A stretch of 36,062 nt of DNA, from positions 1 to 36,062 of the forward strand of contig CAVVXT010000004.1 in the NCBI GenBank assembly GCA_963752255.1, given 5' to 3'. Within the stretch, counting starts at the first letter, position 1. Every line of letters begins with the position of its first letter. Under the pieces are notes generated by a model. The model had not been told where the DNA came from and did no database searches. It saw only the letters and a program-made list of their open reading frames with translations. The position numbers and the translations under genes are program-made. The stretch is from Nitrososphaeria archaeon. GTDB taxonomy: Archaea; Thermoproteota; Nitrososphaeria; JACIWG01. This document shows positions 20,306 through 28,785 of the stretch, piece by piece.

Positions 20306-21868
20306 TTAGCCTTTTAGAGTATAGAAACCGTATTTTAGGATGTCATAGTAAAGATCCTCAAGGGTGAAGTTCGTCTTTTGGCCACAAGCACAATCAAAAG
20401 TCAAGTAACCTTTCTTAAATAGACTTTTAATGTGTTCTGGGCGAAGATAGAAAGTTGTTTTTGTCTTGCATCCTGGACACATCATCATCCAGCCTGGTTG
20501 GAGTTGTTCCGTAAGAGAAAGACTTTTGCTTAGGACAATAACTGCCTCATCCCTTAATTGGATTTCCTTGTTCAACTTCGGAATCTTTTCCGCTTCAGAC
20601 TTTATCTTAGTATATTCTGCTGTAAGCCTGTTTATCTGTTCTTTAACCTGTTCGTGCTCCTTTTTCGATACGATATCCATCTTCACAAGGTCAGATAAGT
20701 CCCTTATGAGCTGTTGTTTTGCTCCTTCTACTTCAGCCTTAGAGAAAAATATGTAGCCTTTCCTCTTTTGTTCTAATGCATGAGTGAGCCTTTCCGTTAA
20801 AGTTATAAGTTGATTTTCAGAAATATCCCTCGAGTTAAGCATATCGACGATTGCTTGGGCAAATTGGATCTCCACCTGCATTTCCTCCATTTGCTTTTTG
20901 AGTGTTTCAATATTTCCTGTAAGTTCATCTATTGTTTTCTGGGCCTTTTTCTTTTCATCTTCTAGCTTACTGTGCAAATTTTCAACAAGAATTTCGTGCT
21001 CATTTTGCAGTTTCACTTTTTGTTCATCAAATGTCCTTTTCAGTTTATCGTTAAGTTCGATAAAACCTTGATTCGTTTGCTGTAGTTTTGATGAGGTTTC
21101 GTTGTCTTTTGCAATAATTGTTTCTAAAGTCTCTTTCGCGCGTTGAAGGCTGTCAACTGCTTCTACAAGGCTTCCGTATTTAGATAGAAGAGACGAAAGC
21201 ATCTTAGATGCATTCTCTGGATCTAGACCATTTTTATTTAACTCCTTTGCCAAAACTTCAGCTGTATTTGGTATGAAGCCTAGCTTCTCGAGAATAAGCT
21301 GATTCTCTATAATTGCATCTAACATTTCGAATGTAATATTGTGTTGTGAGGTCTTATCCTGTAACTTCTTGAGTTTATCAAGTTCCTTTATCAAATTCCT
21401 AAGAGCTTCGCATTCCCCCTCCAATTTCTTCTTATTTTCAGTCAGATCTGCAACTTCTTCTATCTTCTCTTTGAAATCTTCAAGTATTTCGGAATAGCTC
21501 ACGCCTTTCTGCTCTGCGAGGGCGTAGAACTCTCTACTCTGCAAAAGTATCTTTGAAGCGTCCTTACCGTATGATGATATTTGGGATATCGTGTCAGAAG
21601 CTGTTTCAATATCTATTTTGATTTTTTCGAGCTCGCTAACCAAATGGGCGCCCTTTAAAACCTGCTCTATGCTACTGTTATTCTTGTTGATAAGTATAGT
21701 GATTCTTCTCAATTCATCAAGTTCTGGAAATTCCTTTCTGAGCTCGTTCAAATCCTTTGACAATTTTCCGACGCTTTCGCCTGTTTTGTCTTTAATGGTT
21801 CGAAAAGTTCCTCCGTTCAACCACATCTTTATTGCCTTCTTCCTGACCAATGGATCCTTCTTCCTCAA
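20306..21868 (-). CDS. Hypothetical protein: N-terminal HTH, long coiled coil, C-terminal Zn ribbon
   Basis: AIKMWLNGGTFRTIKDKTGESVGKLSKDL resembles an HTH; E/K/L-rich heptads over about 350 aa; CPGC...CACG near the end. Probable TTG start 21868 (ORF open to 21901). Confidence 0.75.
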   Translation of the reverse strand: MRKKDPLVRKKAIKMWLNGGTFRTIKDKTGESVGKLSKDLNELRKEFPELDELRRITILINKNNSSIEQVLKGAHLVSELEKIKIDIETASDTISQISSYGKDASKILLQSREFYALAEQKGVSYSEILEDFKEKIEEVADLTENKKKLEGECEALRNLIKELDKLKKLQDKTSQHNITFEMLDAIIENQLILEKLGFIPNTAEVLAKELNKNGLDPENASKMLSSLLSKYGSLVEAVDSLQRAKETLETIIAKDNETSSKLQQTNQGFIELNDKLKRTFDEQKVKLQNEHEILVENLHSKLEDEKKKAQKTIDELTGNIETLKKQMEEMQVEIQFAQAIVDMLNSRDISENQLITLTERLTHALEQKRKGYIFFSKAEVEGAKQQLIRDLSDLVKMDIVSKKEHEQVKEQINRLTAEYTKIKSEAEKIPKLNKEIQLRDEAVIVLSKSLSLTEQLQPGWMMMCPGCKTKTTFYLRPEHIKSLFKKGYLTFDCACGQKTNFTLEDLYYDILKYGFYTLKG

Positions 21869-21905
21869 AACTATATACCGATAATTTAAATGGATGTGCA
21901 CTTTT

Positions 21906-21974
21906 AAATGTTCTTTTGTTCAAATAAACTGTTCAAAAGTTCGCATAAATTGTTCATATGTTCACATGTTCAGA
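21906..21974. repeat. Three imperfect tandem 21-bp repeats, each with two GTTC boxes
   Basis: AAATGTTCTTTTGTTCAAATA / AACTGTTCAAAAGTTCGCATA / AATTGTTCATATGTTCACATG, plus a further TGTTCAGA at 21967-21974. Confidence 0.75.
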
Positions 21975-22203
21975 TAGCAATATTAAACCAAGCACCCTAA
22001 TTTAAGGCGTATCTCAGCAATATACCCCGATATAACCAAGTCTTTCCTAATACATTATTGATCCTTTTAAGATATGCATTGACACTTAGGAACAAAGCTT
22101 TTTTTAATGGATAATCTGATTGCCAGTTTTGAACTAAACATAATAATAATGAACAAGATATGAAAAAATGTACAATTGATTTTATAAAGGATTTTACTTT
22201 CTT

Positions 22204-22530
22204 CTAATTAATTATCCTAACGAAAAAGACAGATAAGCCAAGTATCATGGGTTCAAATCCCACCGGGCCCGTTTTACCACTTTGAGAGAGACTCATTTCT
22301 CCTCCATCTATACTATGCTCCTTTTTCTTAATTACAGTAATTCCGTAATTGTCTATCCAATCCTTTAGCTGTGGCTTCAAAGATAACATCGGTACCGTCT
22401 CCTCCAGCTCCCTCATCCCCTTTTCTACCTTCTTCTTTATCCTGCAAGTCAGCACACGTTCATAGTTCACATTTCTCTCTACACTTAGTTCTCCCTTTAA
22501 GAAAAGAAGCTCAGTCCTGCTTAGCATCAT
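22204..22530 (-). mobile_element. Putative N-terminal fragment (intN) of an SSV1-type split tyrosine integrase
   Basis: 108-aa ORF runs antisense through the tRNA half (GPVGFEP), then stops shortly after. This is the geometry of integrases partitioned by their own attP. No catalytic domain is visible. Confidence 0.6.
22234..22271 (+). tRNA. 3' half of a tRNA (probably tRNA-Arg); att-site remnant, not a full gene
   Basis: TAA-GCCAA-GTATC-ATGGG-TTCAAAT-CCCAC-CGGGCCC-G maps to tRNA positions 36-73. No GGGCCCG 5' strand or D arm upstream. Confidence 0.8.
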
Positions 22531-22589
22531 TTAAACCAACCCCCAATGATTGCAAAAAGAGTCCCCATCTTTATGGTATCATAAAATTT

Positions 22590-22615
22590 TGTGTGTATGT
22601 TTATACCTCCTACTA
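22590..22615. repeat. Motif A, copy 1 (26 bp)
   Basis: TGTGTGTATGTTTATACCTCCTACTA; 25/26 identical to 26078-26103. Confidence 0.9.
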
Positions 22616-22690
22616 GTCCAATTTTAGTCCCTAAAAATGTCATCGGCGTGCATGACAATAAGTCCGCTGATTTGGTAACACATAGTGTAA

Positions 22691-23341
22691 TCAAGATGTC
22701 TCACTTCCTTTCTCGAGTGTATTCAACATCAGTGGTTTCCACCATTCCCTCCATTTTGCATAGTTGTCCATCTTGTTTTCTGTTTCGCTGCTTACCTCGT
22801 ACCAATATCTTTCTCCCCTTCCCATCTTTCTGCCTCTTGTCGTGTGCATATCCAGAGCTTCATCAGGGATGCTTTCAAATTCTTTCTTAACTTCCGCAAG
22901 TTCAAGTATTTTGTCACCATGTTTATCAACTGCCGCCATCAGTTCCAAGAATTCATCTGCCCTCCTATCCTTCTTCGACTCTGCCAATAGAATAGCTGCA
23001 GCTACAGCACATCTCTTACCATCCCAGCTCTCATATCCGAACTCTTTTGCTTCTCTCCTAAGAACATCTACTGTTACTATAACATTTGGGTCTAACACAT
23101 CCTCTGCACTTATTATCGTTAGTCTTCTCCATAGAATCCATCCTGTCCTTTTATTGCTTAACTGGTATGCTGCATACATGGCTTTCTCAACCACCCCTCT
23201 CCTTACCGCCTTCTGTAGAACACTCTTCAGCAACTGTGCATCTTCATTATTCTTCTCTTCAACTGCTTCGTTAACAGTATCGCCATAAAGATTGGTTTGT
23301 TTAGCAATCGAATCATTTTCTTCAGTTCTTTTATTTATCAA
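22691..23341 (-). CDS. Stand-alone RarA/MgsA C-terminal-like helical domain protein
   Basis: SVLQKAVRRG..KAMYAA..L, LWRRLTIISAEDV and AAILLAESKK match the post-AAA domain of RarA/MgsA; no Walker motifs. Confidence 0.72.
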   Translation of the reverse strand: MINKRTEENDSIAKQTNLYGDTVNEAVEEKNNEDAQLLKSVLQKAVRRGVVEKAMYAAYQLSNKRTGWILWRRLTIISAEDVLDPNVIVTVDVLRREAKEFGYESWDGKRCAVAAAILLAESKKDRRADEFLELMAAVDKHGDKILELAEVKKEFESIPDEALDMHTTRGRKMGRGERYWYEVSSETENKMDNYAKWREWWKPLMLNTLEKGSETS

Positions 23342-23482
23342 AGCCCATTCCTTCCTCCTTTTTTATGTTAAGTTATATTTGGAAAGATTCTTATAAAAAT
23401 GTTTCTTTTTCGTTCTTTTAACAAGCTTTATTAAAAAACTTGCTTATATTTTAGTGGCACATATCTTCAATTTCATCTATTG

Positions 23483-24914
23483 TTAACTGCGACCAAATTT
23501 AAATCTGGAGAACAAACTAGTTCCTTTAGTTTCCTCACGCATCTTATCGGAAATGTGGTCTTCACACAACCATCTTCCTTCTTGGTATGCGTGTTTTTCG
23601 CAGAGAGGTGTTCCGCATACCTCACATACCACGATGGTTTCCTTCTTCAGAAGCGTACACTTTTGGCACTTGGCTAAATCGTCCTCAAGTGTTCTCCCCG
23701 AAGAAGCAAGAAATCTTCTTGAGAAACTGTTTTGACCTGTTTCATATTCCAGGTTCCACTTCGGAACATAAACTAATTTCGTACCACGAATATTTACCTC
23801 GTTTAGACGTGGCACAAATTTGAATGAGCGAGTCTCAGTCTCCCCCCTTACTTTAATATTATAACTAACATCTTGTTTGTTCTTCTCAACTACATGTGAC
23901 GTGACAATTTTAATCGCATCTTCTTCTGAGACCGCTTGCTCAGCCACTGAAACTTGGTAATCAGAGGTTGAGAGCACTGGTTTTGATATTGAAGTGATAC
24001 TATCTAAGTCTTCGGAAACCATCTTATCCTCTTTTGATTCCATACGTTCTTCTTTCTTCTTGAAAAGGCTCGTGATATTCTCCATTATGCTTCTCTCACG
24101 ATTGATTATGTCTCCATTAAGGGCGTCAACGAAGTAGGTACCGCTATCTGTGATTGTGTGCTGTTTTCCTGTCGGGTCTTTTCTTGTTGCTTGAAGCCTA
24201 TATTTGACTATGACATAGGGATGGTACAGAAGCACAGCTGAAAAGAGTCGAATAGATTGACTGTTCCGCAACGAAAGAGAGCTCGCAGATGCAAAGTCAA
24301 TATTGAGCGGTAGTATTGGGTCCTGAACAAGACTCGGATTCCTTACTCTCCCTATTGCGTACGCATAGAACATCTCGCGATGTTTGTCGCCGTCCCACAG
24401 TTCGATTCCAGTCGAATTCGCTAACTTCTCCGCGTCCTCTGAAAAATCTGTGTTAGTGATAAAAAGACCTGATGCAAATCTTATGTCAGCGAGCTTGTCC
24501 TTGAATACCCGCAAGTCTTGTACTCCAACAGCTTCTGGACGGGTCATAATTCTTGCATTCAACAGCTCTTCTTCTACTACCACGTGTAAGTACGATGTCA
24601 ATCTCTGCAGTTGCCCCGCTCCTAGTTGGAAGCCTCTGTCTTTTTTCGACAGAGTATCCCATCTTCTCAAATATTGAAGCAGTTGTGTTCTCGAGTTGTA
24701 TACCCAAGTCGTATACTTTAAGTTTTGGGAGTTCCAATTCTTCTTCGTCTGCTGGTTGAACTGGTTGTGATATAGCAACTGAAGAATTTATTGGATGCTA
24801 AACATCTGTGGTTGGAGGAGTATTCGAGGTTGATTGGAGACTCGTTCCGCATTCTGGGCAGAATTTAGGATTAGGAGTTTGAAGTGGCGTTCCACAGTTT
24901 GGACAAAATTTCAA
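23483..24914 (-). pseudogene. Zn-ribbon + Mrr-like PD-(D/E)xK restriction endonuclease + C-terminal Zn-finger fusion, disrupted
   Basis: From TTG 24914: KFCPNCG..KFCPECG, in-frame TAG (24800-24798), then LE..ASIFEKMGY..AEIDI..AVECKNY. After a shift near 24530: VGVQDLRVF..GLFITNTDFSEDA..GIELWDG, ending CQKC..CEVC..CEKH..CEDH. Confidence 0.82.
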
Positions 24915-25033
24915 CGTTTTATCGTTGTAACAGTGATGCACTGATTACTTATATATATTTCTCTCGAGAGTTTTGTATATTTCCGTCATCATATTATACG
25001 CAAAGGAATGTCATAATAATTAAAATGATTGAT

Positions 25034-25729
25034 TTATGGATGAATGCCGAGTAGCCAGTCAAGTAAGCTTATCATGGTCTCCTTCTGAACGGGCTGTGTG
25101 TTAGTTACAGTTTGAATTGTAGTTGTGGACGTAGCTACCGTTTGAGTTTGAGTCATAGGGACTGTAACTGTCTGCTGCCATGTGGCAATTGCACTTGCAC
25201 TGAAGATTCCTACGGTCTTGCTACCAATACCGAATATGATTCCGTTATGTGAATTAACGATGACTATGTAGTAAGTGTCAGACGTATAAGCGTGGAAGCC
25301 GAGAGTTCCACTCGCCGCGTTTTGCTGAACGATAGGGCTGGCGCCTGTAACATCCTTACTATATGCACTAAACTGGCTTGAGGTAAATGCGTAAACATTG
25401 ACAGTATCATCCGCGCTCCAAGTTATCGCGACATCGCTCCCAGCGGGTACTTGGCCAGAACCGTAAACATAATTGTTTGGTTGAAGTGTATAGGAGCTCA
25501 CATCAAGTAGAGCTTGATTTTGGCTTTGGGCTGTCTGAACTGGAACTATTACGGTTACAATTTGATAAGTCGGTACCGTGTTAGTCTGAGTTGTTACCGT
25601 CGTTGTTTCGACTGTATATGTGAATGGGATTACAGGAACCAAGAGGACTATAATAATTACAAGGACAGCGATAACAACAATTGCAACATTTCTAACACCG
25701 TGAGTTTCACTTTGAGGATTACCTGTCAT
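25034..25729 (-). CDS. Membrane-anchored exported protein with Thr-rich stalks flanking a beta-rich domain
   Basis: N-terminal hydrophobic helix, TTTVTTQT and TSTTTIQT tracts, central ITWSADDTVNVY...DTYYIVIVN. Confidence 0.75.
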   Translation of the reverse strand: MTGNPQSETHGVRNVAIVVIAVLVIIIVLLVPVIPFTYTVETTTVTTQTNTVPTYQIVTVIVPVQTAQSQNQALLDVSSYTLQPNNYVYGSGQVPAGSDVAITWSADDTVNVYAFTSSQFSAYSKDVTGASPIVQQNAASGTLGFHAYTSDTYYIVIVNSHNGIIFGIGSKTVGIFSASAIATWQQTVTVPMTQTQTVATSTTTIQTVTNTQPVQKETMISLLDWLLGIHP

Positions 25730-25889
25730 ATTCGATGTATTTTTCTTCAGCCTATATTTAAGGATATATCCAATATATTCTGTTAAAAATTCAAAGAAAA
25801 ATAATATTATGCAAAAATATTTTACAAAAATAAGCTTCTAAATAATTTTTATTACAACCACATGCTTCATGGTAGTAAGACCCTAACAA

Positions 25890-25964
25890 AATATTCCTCA
25901 AAAACTAGCTCGTCATATAAGACGATTAATCGCCCTATTTCTTATACGCATGTATAATCGGATG
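25890..25964. repeat. Motif B, copy 1 (75 bp)
   Basis: Ungapped 57/75 match (hand count) to 27208-27282, with exact cores TAGCTCGTCATATAAG and TTAATCGCCCT. Confidence 0.85.
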
Positions 25965-26077
25965 TTCATTATTACCATTATCGTTCTAGATTTATTCTCC
26001 CCTTCAAATATCTGCAACTCCTTATACAACCGATTATAAAATTCCTTTACCGCTTTAACGGACCCTAACCATAAAGA

Positions 26078-26103
26078 TGTGTGTATGTTTATACCTTCTA
26101 CTA
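26078..26103. repeat. Motif A, copy 2 (26 bp)
   Basis: TGTGTGTATGTTTATACCTTCTACTA. Confidence 0.9.
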
Positions 26104-26261
26104 CCAAAATATCATAACTTGATTAAAAGTTAAGACCTCAATATTCTAAATAAGCACTATCGTCGTATGAAACTATTGAGCTATGATTTACTTTCAACTG
26201 AGCGTAATTTAATAGCTTCAAACTTAATTATTTTCTTTCCACTTCAAAGTCAAATCTACCT

Positions 26262-27025
26262 CTACTTAGGGACGGGAACGAATCTCATTTTATTCCAAGA
26301 CTCGACGTAGAGGTAAAAATCTGATTTAGAAGCACGCCTAACAGTCGTGTTCTTTGCACCTGCCATTAAACGAATCTGTAAACTAAAAGGAATTGGAAGG
26401 TGTAAGATATAGTCCTCTGCAAAATAGAAGTCTGAGCCGTTCTCAAATGCAAAGCCTAGTACGATAGGACGACCTAAGTGTGCTTCAATGGTTTTGATGT
26501 TCTCAAATCCTCGATGAAGAATAGAATAAACATATTCATCTAGGTCGGGGTTGTTAGTAAACGTCTTAACTGGAACTATGGCAATGCCTGCAGCAAGTTT
26601 TCCGAGCATAATAACTCTTTCAGTCTCGTCTTTTTTTTCCAATTCAGAGAAGGATAAAATGAATTTAGGCTCTATCGCTTCTCTTAATCCTTCATTCATA
26701 ATATCAATTAGAATAATACCAATCTTTTGGGTATAGTAGTCTGATTTCCCGACGACTTCGAACCTTATCGTAGAAATCTCAGTTCTTCTAAAGCCAATAT
26801 ATCGGAGTCGTGGACGCCGATACCAGTTGATTAAAAAAGGCAGAGTTGCTGTGAGGACTGTTATGATAATAAGTATTACTAGAGAAAGTTCCCTCCTGCA
26901 GCGATATTCACAGGGTTCGCAAAGTTCGGGTAGAGTATGAGTGCAGCAACCATTTCTGCGATAAGCAGAACAATAGATAATATCACTACCCAATCTGGAA
27001 GTTCTGGAAGTTCTGGAAGTTTCAT
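26262..27025 (-). CDS. Hypothetical membrane protein (two N-terminal TM helices), frameshifted near 26890
   Basis: ATG 27025 gives MKLPELPELPDWVVILSIVLLIAEMVAALILYP (9-bp repeat, about 3 copies) and shifts into ORF 26262-26993 at LSLVILIIITVL..WYRRPRL. The Cys-rich N-terminus in the ORF track is out of frame. Confidence 0.65.
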
Positions 27026-27207
27026 GATTATTGGTATCTATCGATTACTTATAAATATCAAAACCAATCAACCTACCTTTTACAAAAAGAAAATTAGCCA
27101 CAGATTTTACAGTTCCAATCATTAATGGATTAAAATAAATACGCCAAAAATGATAATTAGTGTTCTAACGACAAAATCAGTATTGTAAGAAGGTCTAATA
27201 TAACTAC

Positions 27208-27282
27208 AATGTTCCCTAAAAATTAGCTCGTCATATAAGGCAGTTAATCGCCCTTTCGCATATGCTGACATGTAATCGCATG
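27208..27282. repeat. Motif B, copy 2 (75 bp)
   Basis: AATGTTCCCTAAAAATTAGCTCGTCATATAAGGCAGTTAATCGCCCT...TAATCGCATG. Confidence 0.85.
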
Positions 27283-28274
27283 ATACAGTCCTGTCCATCT
27301 ACTTTTCATCATGAGTTCTTATTCCTTTAACCATTACCAACAAACAAGGGAATTATACGGGCTAGTCTTACAATTGTCTTATTCAAAAGCCTATCTCTTT
27401 CTCAGCATTACCAGTATAGCTAATCTCTTGTTAACATGAATGACATCTACAAAAGTTATTATGATAATTTAGATAATGCGATAAAATGCTTCCTATTCAA
27501 AGGTCCTTCTACAATCCGTTGTACTTATTGTTATCCCCAATAAAAATAAGGCAATATTTGCATGCTTATAAGACATAGCTGAGCAATCGCAAATCTCAGG
27601 GATTCCATTGTTCTTGACTTTCATTCGTTTATATTTTCCTACATATCATTCGTTTACATTTTGCCCGTTTCTACGGGGCTTGTGGCTTCCGCCTTTTCTT
27701 TTTGGTTTGACATTTTATGTCGCCTAACTTAAAGGATGTAAAGGCTTACCTTTACGTTAAAATTATAGTTAAAAAAAGGACCCTAAACTATAGGAAACTA
27801 GCTTAAAACTATAAGGAAACAGGCAAATACTTCCATAGATGATTAATAAACAAATTTATTGATTAGAAACGTTAGTATACGTGCATCTAAAAATCTATAT
27901 TTTTATGTCAAAAGATCAAGAACAAGGATCGGAAGAAAGTCAAAACGCGCTAAGGTCTCTTAACTTTACCCAACACCATTATTAGCTAACGGAAAAATCA
28001 ATCTAATCAAAACCCATCCGCATCTAAACCTAGCCAAGCTGGTTTTGATTTTTGGCTGATGGGGTTAAATCTTGTTGCGTGAAGGGATATCTTAAATTTA
28101 ATGAATGGATTGAGCAAAATAGTAATTTGTGCCCTGTTCATCACACGAAGTTGAAGCTGATTGAAAAATGGCTTGATAGACCTCCTCCTGATGCTATCTG
28201 TTTCCCTGTCTAGAACCTTAAAACCTTAATATTTTAAATTAAGGTATGAAGGGAGGCCCTTGGACTTATAGAAA

Positions 28275-28314
28275 AATCAACTTAAATCTACTTAATTCTA
28301 CTTGATTCTACTTT
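28275..28314. repeat. Four tandem imperfect 10-bp repeats
   Basis: AATCAACTTA AATCTACTTA ATTCTACTTG ATTCTACTTT; another AATCTACTTT at 28379-28388. Confidence 0.75.
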
Positions 28315-28785
28315 GAAGGGGTCTAAAGTAACCTGTTTGATAAAAAAAGTGAGTTCTCTAGAGCCTTTTTGCTAGGGAAATCTACTTTGCTGATCCTTTC
28401 CTCTCAGCGTTAGAGTGTTATTGAAGCGAGGATTAACGCTGTTATGCCTGCGCCGACAATGGCTCGTGATTTTGTTGGGATGCCTAGAATGGTCGCCGGT
28501 AATGTAAGATTCGCTATTTTTATGGTTTTAATTAATGTCTGAGCTATTGAGGTTTTCGCTGTTGCAAGCGGTGGTCTAGGCTTTGTCCTAACTGGGAGCG
28601 TTAGATATGTTGAAATGGACATTATAGCCTCGGAGTTTTAGTTCTATCCAAGCAACATAGTTTCGTTTTCCTCCTTTCCAACGGTCCTCAAAAGCTCGAA
28701 TTTCATATCGATCTTTCCAAATGACCCATAGATAAAGTCAGTGCTGAAGAGAATCTTTAAAAAGATTGATAGGTGTAATATTCTT

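Noticed and set aside
20306-21868. SMC/Rad50 ATPase call for the coiled-coil protein
   Set aside because: No Walker A, signature or Walker B motifs.
22201-22271. Intron-containing or trans-spliced tRNA-Arg(TCT), given CTTCTA at 22201
   Set aside because: No TTGGC anticodon-stem strand, D arm or acceptor 5' strand upstream, no bulge-helix-bulge pairing and no GC-rich leader. An att remnant is simpler.
24798-24800. In-frame TAG as pyrrolysine or stop-codon recoding
   Set aside because: TAG ends several intact genes here (MFS, HAD, UroD-like, hydrolase, cimA, leuA), no pyl genes are present, and the same gene also has a frameshift.
26880-26993. Cys-rich metal-binding N-terminus of ORF 26262-26993
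   Set aside because: It is an out-of-frame translation; the neighbouring frame gives a coherent ATG-initiated TM helix.
27340-27370. Inverted third copy of motif B (CTAGCCCGTATAA on the minus strand)
   Set aside because: It needs a gap and lacks the second arm, so it is not distinguishable from chance.
28275-28314. CRISPR array or Cas12a-like repeat (TTCTACT)
   Set aside because: The units are contiguous 10-mers without spacers, and there are no cas genes.
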